DNA of 63,373 nucleotides, counting the filler, from Archaeoglobus sp. JdFR-37 (GTDB lineage Archaea; Halobacteriota; Archaeoglobi; Archaeoglobales; Archaeoglobaceae), in assembly GCA_002010215.1 (NCBI GenBank). It is 3 parts of 3 records of this genome, joined end to end, with 100 filler letters (N's around TTAATTAATTAA, not from the genome) between each part and the next. Parts side by side here need not be neighbours in the genome. Positions count along the whole stretch, not along the records: positions 1 to 24,452 come from MTMY01000012.1; 2 more parts are not named here. One strand, given 5' to 3'. Positions 11,425 to 21,993 of the stretch are shown here, in pieces. The translations under genes were made by a program, and so were the position numbers. Under the pieces are notes generated by a model. That model was not told the origin of the DNA. It made no database searches and was given only the letters and a program-made list of their open reading frames with translations. How positions within the stretch are numbered: the first letter of the stretch is position 1; the number at the start of each line of letters is the position of its first letter.

Positions 11425-12591
11425 GTGGACTTTAGGCTGACAGATGAGCAGCGGGCTATTAAGGAAGCTGCAAGGGAGTTTGCTGAAAAAGAATTTACCT
11501 CAGAACTCATTGAGGAATGTGATAGAGAGGAGAAGTACCCATTAGAAGTGGTAAAGAAGGCCAGAGATCTGGGCTTTTCTACAATAAAAATTCCAGAGGA
11601 ATATGGAGGCATGGGGTTAACTCTCTTTGAGGAAGTCCTTGTGACGGAGGAGTTTTACAGAGTTAACCCCGGTATAGCCAATGCATGTCTCAGTTCAACA
11701 TTTGGGACGGAGTTACTCATCCTTTTCGGCAGTGAGGAGCAGAAGGAGAAGTATCTGAGGCGGGTTACAGAGAAGCATGCCATTACGGCAATGGCCAATA
11801 CAGAACCGGAAGCAGGAAGCGATGCAGCCGGCATCAAAACCAGAATTGTGAAAGAAGGGGATGAATGGGTGATAAATGGCACTAAAACCCTCATAACAAA
11901 CGGAAGCATCTGCGATTTCGTTCTCGTTTCTGGTAGGAGTTTTGAAGGTGAGAAGAGGCATTATGGCATAACTTTCGCCATAGTGGAAAGCGATATGAAG
12001 GGTTTTAAGGCGACGAAAATAAAAAACAAGCTTGGCTTGAGGGCGAGCGATACTGCCGAGATATATCTTAAGGATGTCAGGGTGCCGGAGGAAAACATTC
12101 TGGGTGAGCCAGGAAAGGGATTCTACTACCTCATGGAATTCTTCAACCATACTCGCCCCAGGGTTGCGGCACAGGCTGTTGGCATAGCACAGGGAGCTTT
12201 TGAGCTGGCTTTGAAATACGTCAAAGAGAGGAAGCAGTTTGGTGTTCCAATTGCAGCTTTCCAGCACACCCAGTTCAAGATTGCTGAAATGGCCACACGC
12301 ATTCATGCGGCGAGGCTACTCACCTATCAGGCTGCTTGGCAGTGCAGTATTGATGAAAGGAAGCCAGAACTCTCTTCCATGGCCAAGTGGTATGCTGGTG
12401 AGACTGCTGTATACGTTGCAGACTGGTGCGTCCAGCTTCATGGCGGCTACGGCTACATCGGCGAGTATGCGGCAGAGAGGTTCTACAGGGATGCAAAGCT
12501 GATGGAGCTCTATGAAGGGACAAAGGAGATTCAGAAGCTTGTAATTGCAAGAAATCTGCTGGGAGATATTTTGAAGAGGTTTGGTCATTAA
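11425..12591 (+). CDS. Acyl-CoA dehydrogenase
   Basis: SD GGAGGTGA plus GTG start; TEPEAGSD, KLGLRASDT, QLHGGYG and LYEGT motifs. Confidence 0.96.
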   Translation: MDFRLTDEQRAIKEAAREFAEKEFTSELIEECDREEKYPLEVVKKARDLGFSTIKIPEEYGGMGLTLFEEVLVTEEFYRVNPGIANACLSSTFGTELLILFGSEEQKEKYLRRVTEKHAITAMANTEPEAGSDAAGIKTRIVKEGDEWVINGTKTLITNGSICDFVLVSGRSFEGEKRHYGITFAIVESDMKGFKATKIKNKLGLRASDTAEIYLKDVRVPEENILGEPGKGFYYLMEFFNHTRPRVAAQAVGIAQGAFELALKYVKERKQFGVPIAAFQHTQFKIAEMATRIHAARLLTYQAAWQCSIDERKPELSSMAKWYAGETAVYVADWCVQLHGGYGYIGEYAAERFYRDAKLMELYEGTKEIQKLVIARNLLGDILKRFGH

Positions 12592-12604
12592 GCGAGGTGA
12601 AATT

Positions 12605-13540
12605 ATGAAACCTGAATTGAAAGTGGGGAAGATAGGTGTGGTGGGTTTTGGGTTGATGGGCACTCAGATCACCCAGTTCTTTGCTCAGCAGGGCTATGAA
12701 GTTGTTGCAGTTGATGTGAGCGAGGAGGCACTTAAGAGAGGGATGGATACCATCATTAACGGAAAATTCGGGCTGAAAAGACTTCTAGAGAGGGGAAAGA
12801 TAAATGAAGGACAAATGGAGGAGATTCTGGAGCGAATTAAAACCACGAAGGACTTCACAGAACTCAGTGACACTGATATGGTCATCGAAGCAGTTTATGA
12901 GGATTTAGGACTCAAATTGAAGGTGCTGAGGGAAATATCAAATATCGTGAAGAGTGATGCGATAATAGGTTCCAACACCTCAACAATAAGCATAACAAAA
13001 CTCGCTTCTGCAGTTAAAAACCCTGAGAATTTCCTGGGAATCCACTTCTTTAATCCTGCCCAGATTCAGAAGCTGGTTGAGCTTGTGAAGGGGCTCCTGA
13101 CCGATTCAGAAGTTCTGGAATGGGTAAAGGAGTGGTTCGCTCAAACAGGAAAAGTTCCAATAGTTGTGAACGACTCTCCTGGTTTTGCTACCAGCCGTCT
13201 CGGATTGATTTTGGGCAGAGAAGCGATTCTGATGGTTCAGGAAGGCGTTGCAACACCGCAGGACATAGACATAGGCATGATACTTGGCTACGGTTATGCT
13301 ATGGGGCCACTTGAGACGGGAGACCTTGTGGGACTTGATACTAGGCTCAGAAGCCTTCAGGCAATGTATGAGGCAACCGGAGACCCAAAATGGGCACCAC
13401 CTCGCCTCCTCATCCAGCTTGTTGATGCTGGCTATATCGGTGACCCCTCGCTGAAGCTAGGGAGCAGAGGAGGAATTTACGAGTATTTCGGACAGGAGAG
13501 GGCAAGTCAGGTTCTTAAGAAAATGGGAGTAAGGAGGTGA
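12605..13540 (+). CDS. 3-hydroxyacyl-CoA dehydrogenase
   Basis: GFGLMG Rossmann motif, SNTS, GIHFFNP, DSPGF. Confidence 0.95.
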   Translation: MKPELKVGKIGVVGFGLMGTQITQFFAQQGYEVVAVDVSEEALKRGMDTIINGKFGLKRLLERGKINEGQMEEILERIKTTKDFTELSDTDMVIEAVYEDLGLKLKVLREISNIVKSDAIIGSNTSTISITKLASAVKNPENFLGIHFFNPAQIQKLVELVKGLLTDSEVLEWVKEWFAQTGKVPIVVNDSPGFATSRLGLILGREAILMVQEGVATPQDIDIGMILGYGYAMGPLETGDLVGLDTRLRSLQAMYEATGDPKWAPPRLLIQLVDAGYIGDPSLKLGSRGGIYEYFGQERASQVLKKMGVRR

Positions 13541-14316
13541 GTATAATGGAGAGGATTCTGCTGGAGTATCCAAAGAAGGACATTGCCCTGATCACTTTAA
13601 ACAGACCAGAAAAGCTCAACGCTCTGGATACAAAAACCAGAATGGAGATCAGCGAAGCTATTGATAAGGTTGAAAGTTCAGCTAGGGTTTTAATCATCAC
13701 GGGGAAGGGGGAGGCCTTTGCTGCTGGAGCAGATATAAATGAACTTGCAAAAAGAACACCTTTTGAGTATCTGAATCTTGCAAAATGGGGGACGTGGCTG
13801 AACAACAGAATCGAGAATTTGGATATTCCGGTAATAGCTGCCATAAACGGCTATGCTCTTGGTGGTGGATGTGAGCTTGCAATGAGCTGTGACATAAGGA
13901 TAGCTAGTAAAAAAGCAAGATTCGGTCAGCCCGAACTTAACTTGGGAATCATGCCAGGTGTTGGGGCGACCCAGCGACTTCCCCGTTTGATTGGACTGGG
14001 AATGGCAAAAAAGCTGATTTTTACAGGAGAGATACTTGATGCCCACGAAGCACTGAGGCTGGGGCTTGTTGAGGAAGTTGTTGAGCATGAAAGGCTGATG
14101 GACAGGTGCTTTGAAATTGCAGAGAAGATCTGCAGCAAGCCTCAACTGGCCATCAGGCTGGTTAAAAGAGCTCTGAATGCAACAAGAACCATGTCGCTGG
14201 AAGATGGGTTGAGGTATGAGCTGAGTCTGGCAGCACTGCTGTTTTCAACAGAGGATGCAAAAGAGGGGCTAAGAGCTTTTCTTGAGAAAAGGGAGCCACA
14301 GTTTAAGGGGAGATAA
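13537..14316 (+). CDS. Enoyl-CoA hydratase (crotonase)
   Basis: LNRPEKLNAL, FAAGADI, ALGGGCELA and FGQPE motifs. Confidence 0.96.
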   Translation: MSIMERILLEYPKKDIALITLNRPEKLNALDTKTRMEISEAIDKVESSARVLIITGKGEAFAAGADINELAKRTPFEYLNLAKWGTWLNNRIENLDIPVIAAINGYALGGGCELAMSCDIRIASKKARFGQPELNLGIMPGVGATQRLPRLIGLGMAKKLIFTGEILDAHEALRLGLVEEVVEHERLMDRCFEIAEKICSKPQLAIRLVKRALNATRTMSLEDGLRYELSLAALLFSTEDAKEGLRAFLEKREPQFKGR

Positions 14317-14501
14317 GATAGTGAGTTAGTATGGCTGGGGTGTTAGAGCTCAGCCAATAAGAATATCTGTATTCGCAATTAGATATGTGTTGACCGTCCA
14401 ATGTTAGACATACAAAACGTTCAGATCACCTAAATTAACCAAAATTTTTAATCCCCATCTCAAATCTTCATTTCAGAGATCAATCCTCATCCGAAAACTA
14501 A

Positions 14502-14573
14502 GCCCCCGTAGGGTAGTGGATATCCTGAGGGTCTCCGGAACCCTCGACCCGGGTTCAAATCCCGGCGGGGGCG
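14502..14573 (+). tRNA. tRNA-Arg (CCG)
   Basis: GCCCCCG...AGGGT-CT-CCG-GA-ACCCT...GGTTCAAATCC...CGGGGGC-G. Confidence 0.96.
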
Positions 14574-14641
14574 CTTTACTTTTGGTTCAATGCCTATTAC
14601 TTTCACTGTACCTTCTTCTCGTTTAAACAAAAAATTTAGAG

Positions 14642-15260
14642 GTGGTTTTTGATGCCCCCATTGATATTCAGAATTGTGAGTGTACCTTTGAGAGGGAATT
14701 AGCATTGCTTAAGAGGTTAGACTTGCCGGAAAGAACGAAAAAGCTCTTAAAAGAGTCCATCGATGATGCGCTTCATAGCTGGAGTATCATGAAGATCTCA
14801 AAAGCGAGAGCGGCCAAGTTCCTGAGTCATTTAAGACATATTGCATATATGCTCCACGAAAAAGGCTACAACTTCGAATATCTTAACAGAGGACTGAGTC
14901 AAGTACATTTCAAAAAGAATTGACAAATATTTTTACGGGAAAAAGAAAAAGAAAGATGTAGATCCTGAAAAACCTAGGTGGGGAGTATGATTTCAAGAAG
15001 CCCTTTTAAAATTCATGAAATGGCTCGGAGCTGAGAAGAGAAATCCAGAAGACTATCCAGATAGGGATATCATTGAAGCAGCAAAAATTATTCTGGGAAT
15101 GAGAAAATGCCCAACCCCCCTGAGCTGGCAAAGATGAAGATCATAAAGCCGGAGGAGTTTGTTAAACTCAGTGACGTATCTCCTGCATGAGTTTTCAGAA
15201 CTCTGAGAACGTCGGCAGAGAACATCAGAGATGAGGCATTCTCCGCAGGTGCCGAGGAAT
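14642..15260 (+). pseudogene. Decayed tyrosine integrase (N-terminal part, several frameshifts) next to tRNA-Arg
   Basis: DIQN...ERELALLKRLDLPERTKKLL...ISKARAAKFLSHLRHIA, then out-of-frame YDFKK / LKFMKWL, KIIKPEEFVKL and ENIRDEAF blocks resembling archaeal integrases; end approximate. Confidence 0.6.
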
Positions 15261-15515
15261 TGGGCTCCGTGTCGGTAGTATGGGTTCTGAATGCTGTGAA
15301 AGTAATCTCCTTCGAATATTGTTGTTCTGTATTTGATATACTTCAGTAAAATGCGAAAAGGGTCAGGATTTACCTTCCGATCAGTGTTACTATATATTGG
15401 GAGGGTGACGGCTAAGAAAAGATTTACGAAGATGGAGTACGTGTTGCTTAATATTTAACAATCTCAGCTTTATGTGGAAACTCTTATAAAGATTTGATTT
15501 CAAATTGATTAACAT

Positions 15516-16472
15516 ATGAAAGAACATAATATTGAAAATGTAGAAATACCTCAAATCCCGATTGCAACAAACTATTTTCGCCAATTATATTTATTTGCGT
15601 TTGCGACAAGGGTGGAAGTCTTGCACCACATAAGAACTCAGGCTATTGAAGAGGAGAACGACCGTCTATCTGAAATCATCGCCACTTGGGAGAACCTTCA
15701 ACCACGTGTAGAAGAGCTAATACGGCGCGAGCTCGGTGTAGCTGAGAGCATTAAGGTAGAACCAATACCCAATGAATATAAATCCAAGTTGGAAGCGTTC
15801 GCCTCTGATCCTTTATTCAAGAAGTCATTCTTGGGCAGTCGAATAAGTTTCGGGGTGGTGGAGGTAGACAAATTGGTTGCACCCCAGAGAGAAGTCAACT
15901 TAGACTATGTGGATCGACTAGTCTCGTCATACCCTAAGTCTCCTACATTCCACGATTTGCTTGACATTTGTGTGTCACCCAAGCGTAAAATGGACCCCAT
16001 CCAGCATTTGGAGATAGCTCCGAATACTCATGTGTTCAGTTCACCGAATTCGGATATTCGATTCCTTGGAGCATTCGTCAAGCAATTGACAGTTGAAGAC
16101 CTTGAATATGCAGAGTTTGGTGGTTTACCGGCCACTGCAGTGATCGCATTCGTTGGATACGGTGGTGCACCCGTCAATGTTTTTCAGGTAGGTCGTCGCA
16201 TTATTCTCAATAATGGGCTCCACCGAGTTTATGCTCTCCGCTCTCTTGGAGTTACAGAAATTCCGGTTGTGATTCAACATATTCGAGATCCTCAGCTTGA
16301 GTTGCCAGAAGTAATTGCAGGATTGCCAAGAGAATACCTTCTAAATGTGCCACGTCCTGCGCTCGTCAAAGACTTTTTCGAACCTGATTTCACGATCACG
16401 CTTAAGGTTCGCGAGCGTATCAAGATAGTAATGGTGTCTATCGCTGTTAACCAACATGAAGTTCCTTCATAA
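15516..16472 (+). CDS. Hypothetical protein with a ParB/Srx-like motif
   Basis: Intact 318-aa ORF; ILNNGLHRVYALRSLG...IPVVI resembles the ParB/Srx GxHR motif. Confidence 0.65.
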   Translation: MKEHNIENVEIPQIPIATNYFRQLYLFAFATRVEVLHHIRTQAIEEENDRLSEIIATWENLQPRVEELIRRELGVAESIKVEPIPNEYKSKLEAFASDPLFKKSFLGSRISFGVVEVDKLVAPQREVNLDYVDRLVSSYPKSPTFHDLLDICVSPKRKMDPIQHLEIAPNTHVFSSPNSDIRFLGAFVKQLTVEDLEYAEFGGLPATAVIAFVGYGGAPVNVFQVGRRIILNNGLHRVYALRSLGVTEIPVVIQHIRDPQLELPEVIAGLPREYLLNVPRPALVKDFFEPDFTITLKVRERIKIVMVSIAVNQHEVPS

Positions 16473-16984
16473 AAGGTCTTTTGGAATTTCTTCAGCATAA
16501 TCGTCCAACGGTATAAATCTATCTGCCTTCAACCTCAGTTCATCGCTTATTGCACTTCTAAAAATTGCAACCTCTATTCTTTTATCCATAGATTTAATTT
16601 TGTCTATTGCATGGACGAAGTCTCCATCCCCGCTCACGAGTATGGAAGTATCATATGCGTCTTTGAATTCTAAAGAAGCATGTCTGTCATAAGGGCGACA
16701 TCTACTCCTTTTTCGAACTTTCTGCCACCCCTCATTCTCAAAGGCTTCTCTATAACTTCATAACCCTGACTTCTGAGGAATCTAAAGAATTTTTTCTGCC
16801 TGTCTGCGTTTTTCAGATCTGAAGGGTCAAAAGATGCGTAAAAGTATGGACGAATGAGATAACGGTCACCAGCAAGAACATCTCTAAGATTGATGTAATC
16901 TATCTTGAAATCTTGGTCAAAGGATTTACATGCGTGAAAGAGATTAGAGCCATCTATGAATATCATCACCCTTTCTGAATTCAT
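16467..16984 (-). pseudogene. NYN/LabA (DUF88) PIN-like domain protein with a one-base frameshift near 16672
   Basis: FIDGSN...EKGVDVALMTDMLL*, then in the shifted frame EFKDAYDTSILVSGDGDF...LRLKADRFIPLDD...LL*. Confidence 0.88.
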
Positions 16985-17048
16985 ACGCGATAATATTAAT
17001 TGTCGAAAATAAACTTTGTGGTTACGGCGAAAGTAAATAGTAGTTCAA

Positions 17049-17249
17049 TTATAGCTCCTCCCCGCGAATCCATCGGAGGTACATATCTGCTACATTCAAA
17101 ACCTTTCCTGCTATAACTTCAAGGTTTCTAAGACTGGTTGCAGCTGAAAGGGCTACAGTTTCTCTAGCCTCTCTTAAGGCGACCTTGCGAGCTATGCGCT
17201 CCTGTTTTTCATTGTATATCTTCTCAATCTTTTCACCCTATCTGGTCAT
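17049..17249 (-). pseudogene. Small hypothetical gene with TAG at codon 4
   Basis: 67-codon frame MTR*GEKIEKIYNEKQERIARKVALREA...VLNVADMYLRWIRGEEL*; TATA-like box about 25 nt upstream. Confidence 0.45.
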
Positions 17250-17568
17250 GTGGTTGATTAAAACGAAAATATATATCGAAGTAGGAGTCGTGTGAAAGTG
17301 TTTGAAGACTCGAACAAAACGTTTACGTTTCAGTGAAGGCGCTAATCGAGAGGTTGAACGCCCAGTAATAAGTTCAACCCCTTATATGTCCTATTCCGAG
17401 GAGAGTAAGGAGAAGGTGTTTCAGAGGCTGGCTGAAATGAGATTTGGGGATGTGGTTTGGGAAGAATCCCATATTGCTAATACCAATAGTTTTTACCTTT
17501 TTGAGTGATATTATTTTGCGGGTATATATATATCTCACGAAACATTTTAATATTTGACTTAACTTATC

Positions 17569-18282
17569 ATGATTGTGCCCCTTCCTACTGGCTTCTTTGT
17601 ATTAGGTTCATTATTGGCTTTAGTATCTCTTCTGAATCTGAGTATTTATCTCCAGCCTAACAGGGACGATATTGAGAAATTTGTAAGTAGAAATATAAAA
17701 TTAGTTGTAAGATTCTCTTTCCTGCTCTTTCTTGTTATGCTCTTCAATTGGTTTACGGGCACATTCATGGTCTTCCGTCCGGGTGAAATTACCCGTTTTT
17801 TTATGGACGTGGGAGCAATTGGGCTTTGGGTAGTACTCTTTACGACAAATTCTATTACCATCTTTAATCTGGTAAAGAATGGTTATAGGCCTGTAATATG
17901 CCAAGATTCGTTGAATATTGTTTTTTATATGGCTGTTCTCTATCTTGTTTTGGAAAAGTTCAGCATGCCTTTAATGATTGTTGAATTGGTTTTGGCACTG
18001 TTTTTAGTCACCATCCTCTATTTGTTATTTACTCTCTCAAAGTATGCAGGGATGCTTGAGAGAATTGTAGAGCCTGTAAACATTCATCCCTTGGCACTGG
18101 GATTCAGGGTGTTCTCCCTTATTGTTGGACTACAATTTATGTCGCTGTCGTATTCTCGCAATGCTTTCATCGGGTTGATGGTCATCTCTTACTTATTTTT
18201 CATGGTAGTTATTTGGTATATGATAAAAAAGCTGAAGTTATTGATTGATTTCAATGAGATTTTTCAGACTGGGTCTATTTGA
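17569..18282 (+). CDS. Polytopic membrane protein (about 7 TM), unknown function
   Basis: Long hydrophobic segments across 237 aa; TATA-like TTTTAATA upstream. Confidence 0.8.
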   Translation: MIVPLPTGFFVLGSLLALVSLLNLSIYLQPNRDDIEKFVSRNIKLVVRFSFLLFLVMLFNWFTGTFMVFRPGEITRFFMDVGAIGLWVVLFTTNSITIFNLVKNGYRPVICQDSLNIVFYMAVLYLVLEKFSMPLMIVELVLALFLVTILYLLFTLSKYAGMLERIVEPVNIHPLALGFRVFSLIVGLQFMSLSYSRNAFIGLMVISYLFFMVVIWYMIKKLKLLIDFNEIFQTGSI

Positions 18283-18380
18283 TTTACATGTTGGTTAAGT
18301 GAAGTGGTGTTGAATTCCGGGGTATTTAGTTCCTCTTAGAGAATCAGCTTGTAGGGTTATTAAAATCCAAAAATAAATCA

Positions 18381-18464
18381 TGCGGGGGGAGGGATTTGAA
18401 CCCTCGGACCCCTACGGGACGGGACCCTCAATCCCGCGCCTTTTCCTGACTCGGCAACCCCCGC
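18381..18464 (-). tRNA. tRNA-Leu (GAG)
   Basis: Reverse complement GCGGGGG...CGGGA-TT-GAG-GG-TCCCG, long variable arm, GGTTCAAATCC...CCCCCGC-A. Confidence 0.97.
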
Positions 18465-18613
18465 TGAGTGAGGGTGTAATATAAGCGCATCCCGCAACTC
18501 TGCATCGAGAACTGGTGAATTTAAAAGTTGTGGTGTTTAATGTAGTGCTGTTAATGTTGTTTCATCACATATTCGGGGAAGGATTTAATAGTTATCCGTT
18601 AATCTGGCAATCG

Positions 18614-19354
18614 ATGGAGTCAGAAGTACTTCGAGTGGCGTCTTCACTGTTTGGAGGAAGGGAAGTTACCACAGAGAAGGAAGTTGAGAGAATTGCCATA
18701 AGAGCAATCTTTATTGCACTTAAGGAACGGGCTCTAAAACTGGATGCAAAAAATCTAATCGATGAAGTCAAAGAGAGCTTTCTCACAGAGCCCATATCTC
18801 TCAACAGTCTGCATTTTTCGGAAAGAGTAGAATTGGAAGGTTTTGTTTTTTGCCACACTCATACCTGCAAACCATCTAAAGAGCAGTTTGAGGATGCTCT
18901 CTACGAATATCATAAATCCATCAGGCTTCTTGACAATTACCAGACGATGAGAGGGGTTGTAAGCAACTTTTTCAAGGGTTATCAGGAACGAGAGGGGTTG
19001 GTTAGGGAATACGCCAAGGGGAAGTACAGATATGCCGTCTTCTTCTCACTTATTGACGACTTGGCTGATGATTTGCCGCATCATCTGGATTTTGCTGGGA
19101 AATATGATGGAGAGTATGTAGTGGTGACGCCAACGGAAGACTCAATAGACCCCTTTCTGACATTCTTCAAGAGGCATTCTGAAGATGTAAAAAAGGCCGG
19201 ATTAAAGGTATGGGTTGTAAACACAATTGACAGAACCATTGACCCATTTATCGGCTACCCCAAAGACTTTCTGCTGCTGAAAGGGTTCAGGAATCCCAAG
19301 CTGGCAACGATGGTCAACAGCTGGTGGCGGGTTAGTGTTGAGGAAATAGATTAA
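18614..19354 (+). CDS. Conserved hypothetical protein
   Basis: Long ORF with host-like codon usage; C-terminal KVWVVN...IDPFIGYPKD; start chosen downstream of a TATA box near 18583. Confidence 0.75.
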   Translation: MESEVLRVASSLFGGREVTTEKEVERIAIRAIFIALKERALKLDAKNLIDEVKESFLTEPISLNSLHFSERVELEGFVFCHTHTCKPSKEQFEDALYEYHKSIRLLDNYQTMRGVVSNFFKGYQEREGLVREYAKGKYRYAVFFSLIDDLADDLPHHLDFAGKYDGEYVVVTPTEDSIDPFLTFFKRHSEDVKKAGLKVWVVNTIDRTIDPFIGYPKDFLLLKGFRNPKLATMVNSWWRVSVEEID

Positions 19355-19392
19355 AAATTTTAGTAGTCTGGCCTTATCAGCTCTGTTACCAG

Positions 19393-20490
<1,098 letters not shown>

Positions 20491-20519
20491 TTAAGCTGTG
20501 GTAGATGTGAAAGTAAGGC

Positions 20520-20804
20520 ATGGCAATGGAAACGCTCCGCAGCAAGATAATTGACCTTCTGCTGGACAGAGAGATGAGCGTTTCGGAGATATGCAGAGTC
20601 CTTGAACTTGAACCGGGAAGGGAAAGGGAGGTATATTCTATACTGTTCTCTCTGCCCAAGATTCTGAAAAGAAAGGGGTTGGCACTGCTTATGCATCCTC
20701 CGCAATGTCTTTCGTGTGGTTTTGAGCTCAGTAAGGCAGATGCAAAGAGGTGTCCAAGGTGCAAATCTCAAAGGTTGACAGAGGCTAGGTTTGTTATAAA
20801 ATGA
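20520..20804 (+). CDS. wHTH plus Zn-ribbon transcriptional regulator
   Basis: N-terminal HTH; CLSCGF...RCPRCKS. Confidence 0.85.
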   Translation: MAMETLRSKIIDLLLDREMSVSEICRVLELEPGREREVYSILFSLPKILKRKGLALLMHPPQCLSCGFELSKADAKRCPRCKSQRLTEARFVIK

Positions 20805-20896
20805 CATTAAGATCTTAATTCTTCATGGAAGATTCATGAAAGACGCCACATCTGAAAGGCCAAAGTTATAAAAAATCACCTATCCTTCTATAAATC

Positions 20897-21175
20897 ATGT
20901 TCAGCACCACATTCGCGTTGCTTCTCGGCATAATATATGGGCTGGTGAAGAGGGGTAAGCAAAGTAAGCTGGAGATGCTGAAAAAGGCCGTAGGCATTGG
21001 TTTTATTATAGGCATTATCCTCGCAATACCTGCAATCCTCTTCATGCCTGGCATTCTGGCCATATTTGCAGTTGGCGCGGGCATAATCGCTGCTGTGTCC
21101 TTTATTCTTTACTTCGCAATCTTCTTCGTTGTTGGAGTGTTTATTGGTGACCTGATTGAGGGATTAATAAGGTAA
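20897..21175 (+). CDS. Small membrane protein
   Basis: Three hydrophobic helices; TATA (GTTATAAA) about 25 nt upstream. Confidence 0.7.
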   Translation: MFSTTFALLLGIIYGLVKRGKQSKLEMLKKAVGIGFIIGIILAIPAILFMPGILAIFAVGAGIIAAVSFILYFAIFFVVGVFIGDLIEGLIR

Positions 21176-21213
21176 AAAAATCTGGAATCGGTCAGAATCG
21201 GTTAGAATTAGCA

Positions 21214-21942
21214 TCATATAAGCCCCAGTAGTTCGAGAGCCTGAACAACTCCCTCTCCGTTCTCTCCCGGAACGACGATATCTGCCTCCCTCTTCAGCCT
21301 CAAATCTGCATTCCCAACTGCTATGCCCAGCCCGGCAGTTTTGAGCAGATCAAGGTCATTTTCGGAATCTCCGATGGCTGCAAAGTTCTTGACATCAATT
21401 CCAAGTTTCGATGCGACAAACTTCAGAGCGTTGCCCTTGCTGACCTCTGCATCCACAATGTGGTAGGCGAATCCGGAATCAATCAGCTTTACTCCATCAA
21501 CTTCTTCAGCCTCCTCAAGAATCCTTTTTGCCACCTCTGCATCAAAATTCCGCCTCAAACACACTTCTGACCTTCTGTATTCGGCATCAAGAAGCTCGAT
21601 ATCAAAATGTTTTCTGAGAACCTCTACGGCCCTCATACACTTAGACAAATCTCCCAGCACAACATCCTCTCCATCATAGGCAAACCTCACAACTCCCCCA
21701 TTCTCACAAATTATTATGTCGGAAACTCCGATTAGCTTCGCCGCAGCCCTGGCAAAACAGGAGATGTTTCCGGTTGCCAGCACAACGGGAACCTTTACTT
21801 TTCTTAAAGCCTCTACTGCTCTGCAGTTCAGAGCCCTTTTTCTGTCAGTCAGCGTCCCATCAATATCTATGGCGAGGCCTCTCACCTCTATGGGCAGCTT
21901 TAAGGGTGGTTTTGGAGATGACATCAAAGGCTTCGATGGCAT
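21214..21942 (-). CDS. Phosphoglycolate phosphatase (HAD IIB, SPP-like)
   Basis: DIDGTLT, ATGN, ENGG and GDSEND HAD motifs; start approximate. Confidence 0.92.
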   Translation of the reverse strand: MPSKPLMSSPKPPLKLPIEVRGLAIDIDGTLTDRKRALNCRAVEALRKVKVPVVLATGNISCFARAAAKLIGVSDIIICENGGVVRFAYDGEDVVLGDLSKCMRAVEVLRKHFDIELLDAEYRRSEVCLRRNFDAEVAKRILEEAEEVDGVKLIDSGFAYHIVDAEVSKGNALKFVASKLGIDVKNFAAIGDSENDLDLLKTAGLGIAVGNADLRLKREADIVVPGENGEGVVQALELLGLI

Positions 21943-21993
21943 TGAATCGAAAAATTTAGGAATATTAATAACCTCTTCGCAAAAGCATCGCCC

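Noticed and set aside
14487..14705. Minus-strand ORF through tRNA-Arg
   Set aside because: Shadow of the tRNA and of the plus-strand integrase remnant.
16670..16672. TAG in the NYN gene as pyrrolysine or readthrough
   Set aside because: The conserved C-terminal half is in a different frame, so this is a frameshift.
17302..17508. 68-aa ORF or possible attR at the right edge of the tRNA-Arg island
   Set aside because: No recognisable motif and no copy of the tRNA 3' end found.
21185..21211. GAATCGGT(C/T)A tandem between convergent genes; similar TCAGATT triplet near 2831-2863
   Set aside because: Too short and too few copies to distinguish from local duplication in terminator regions.
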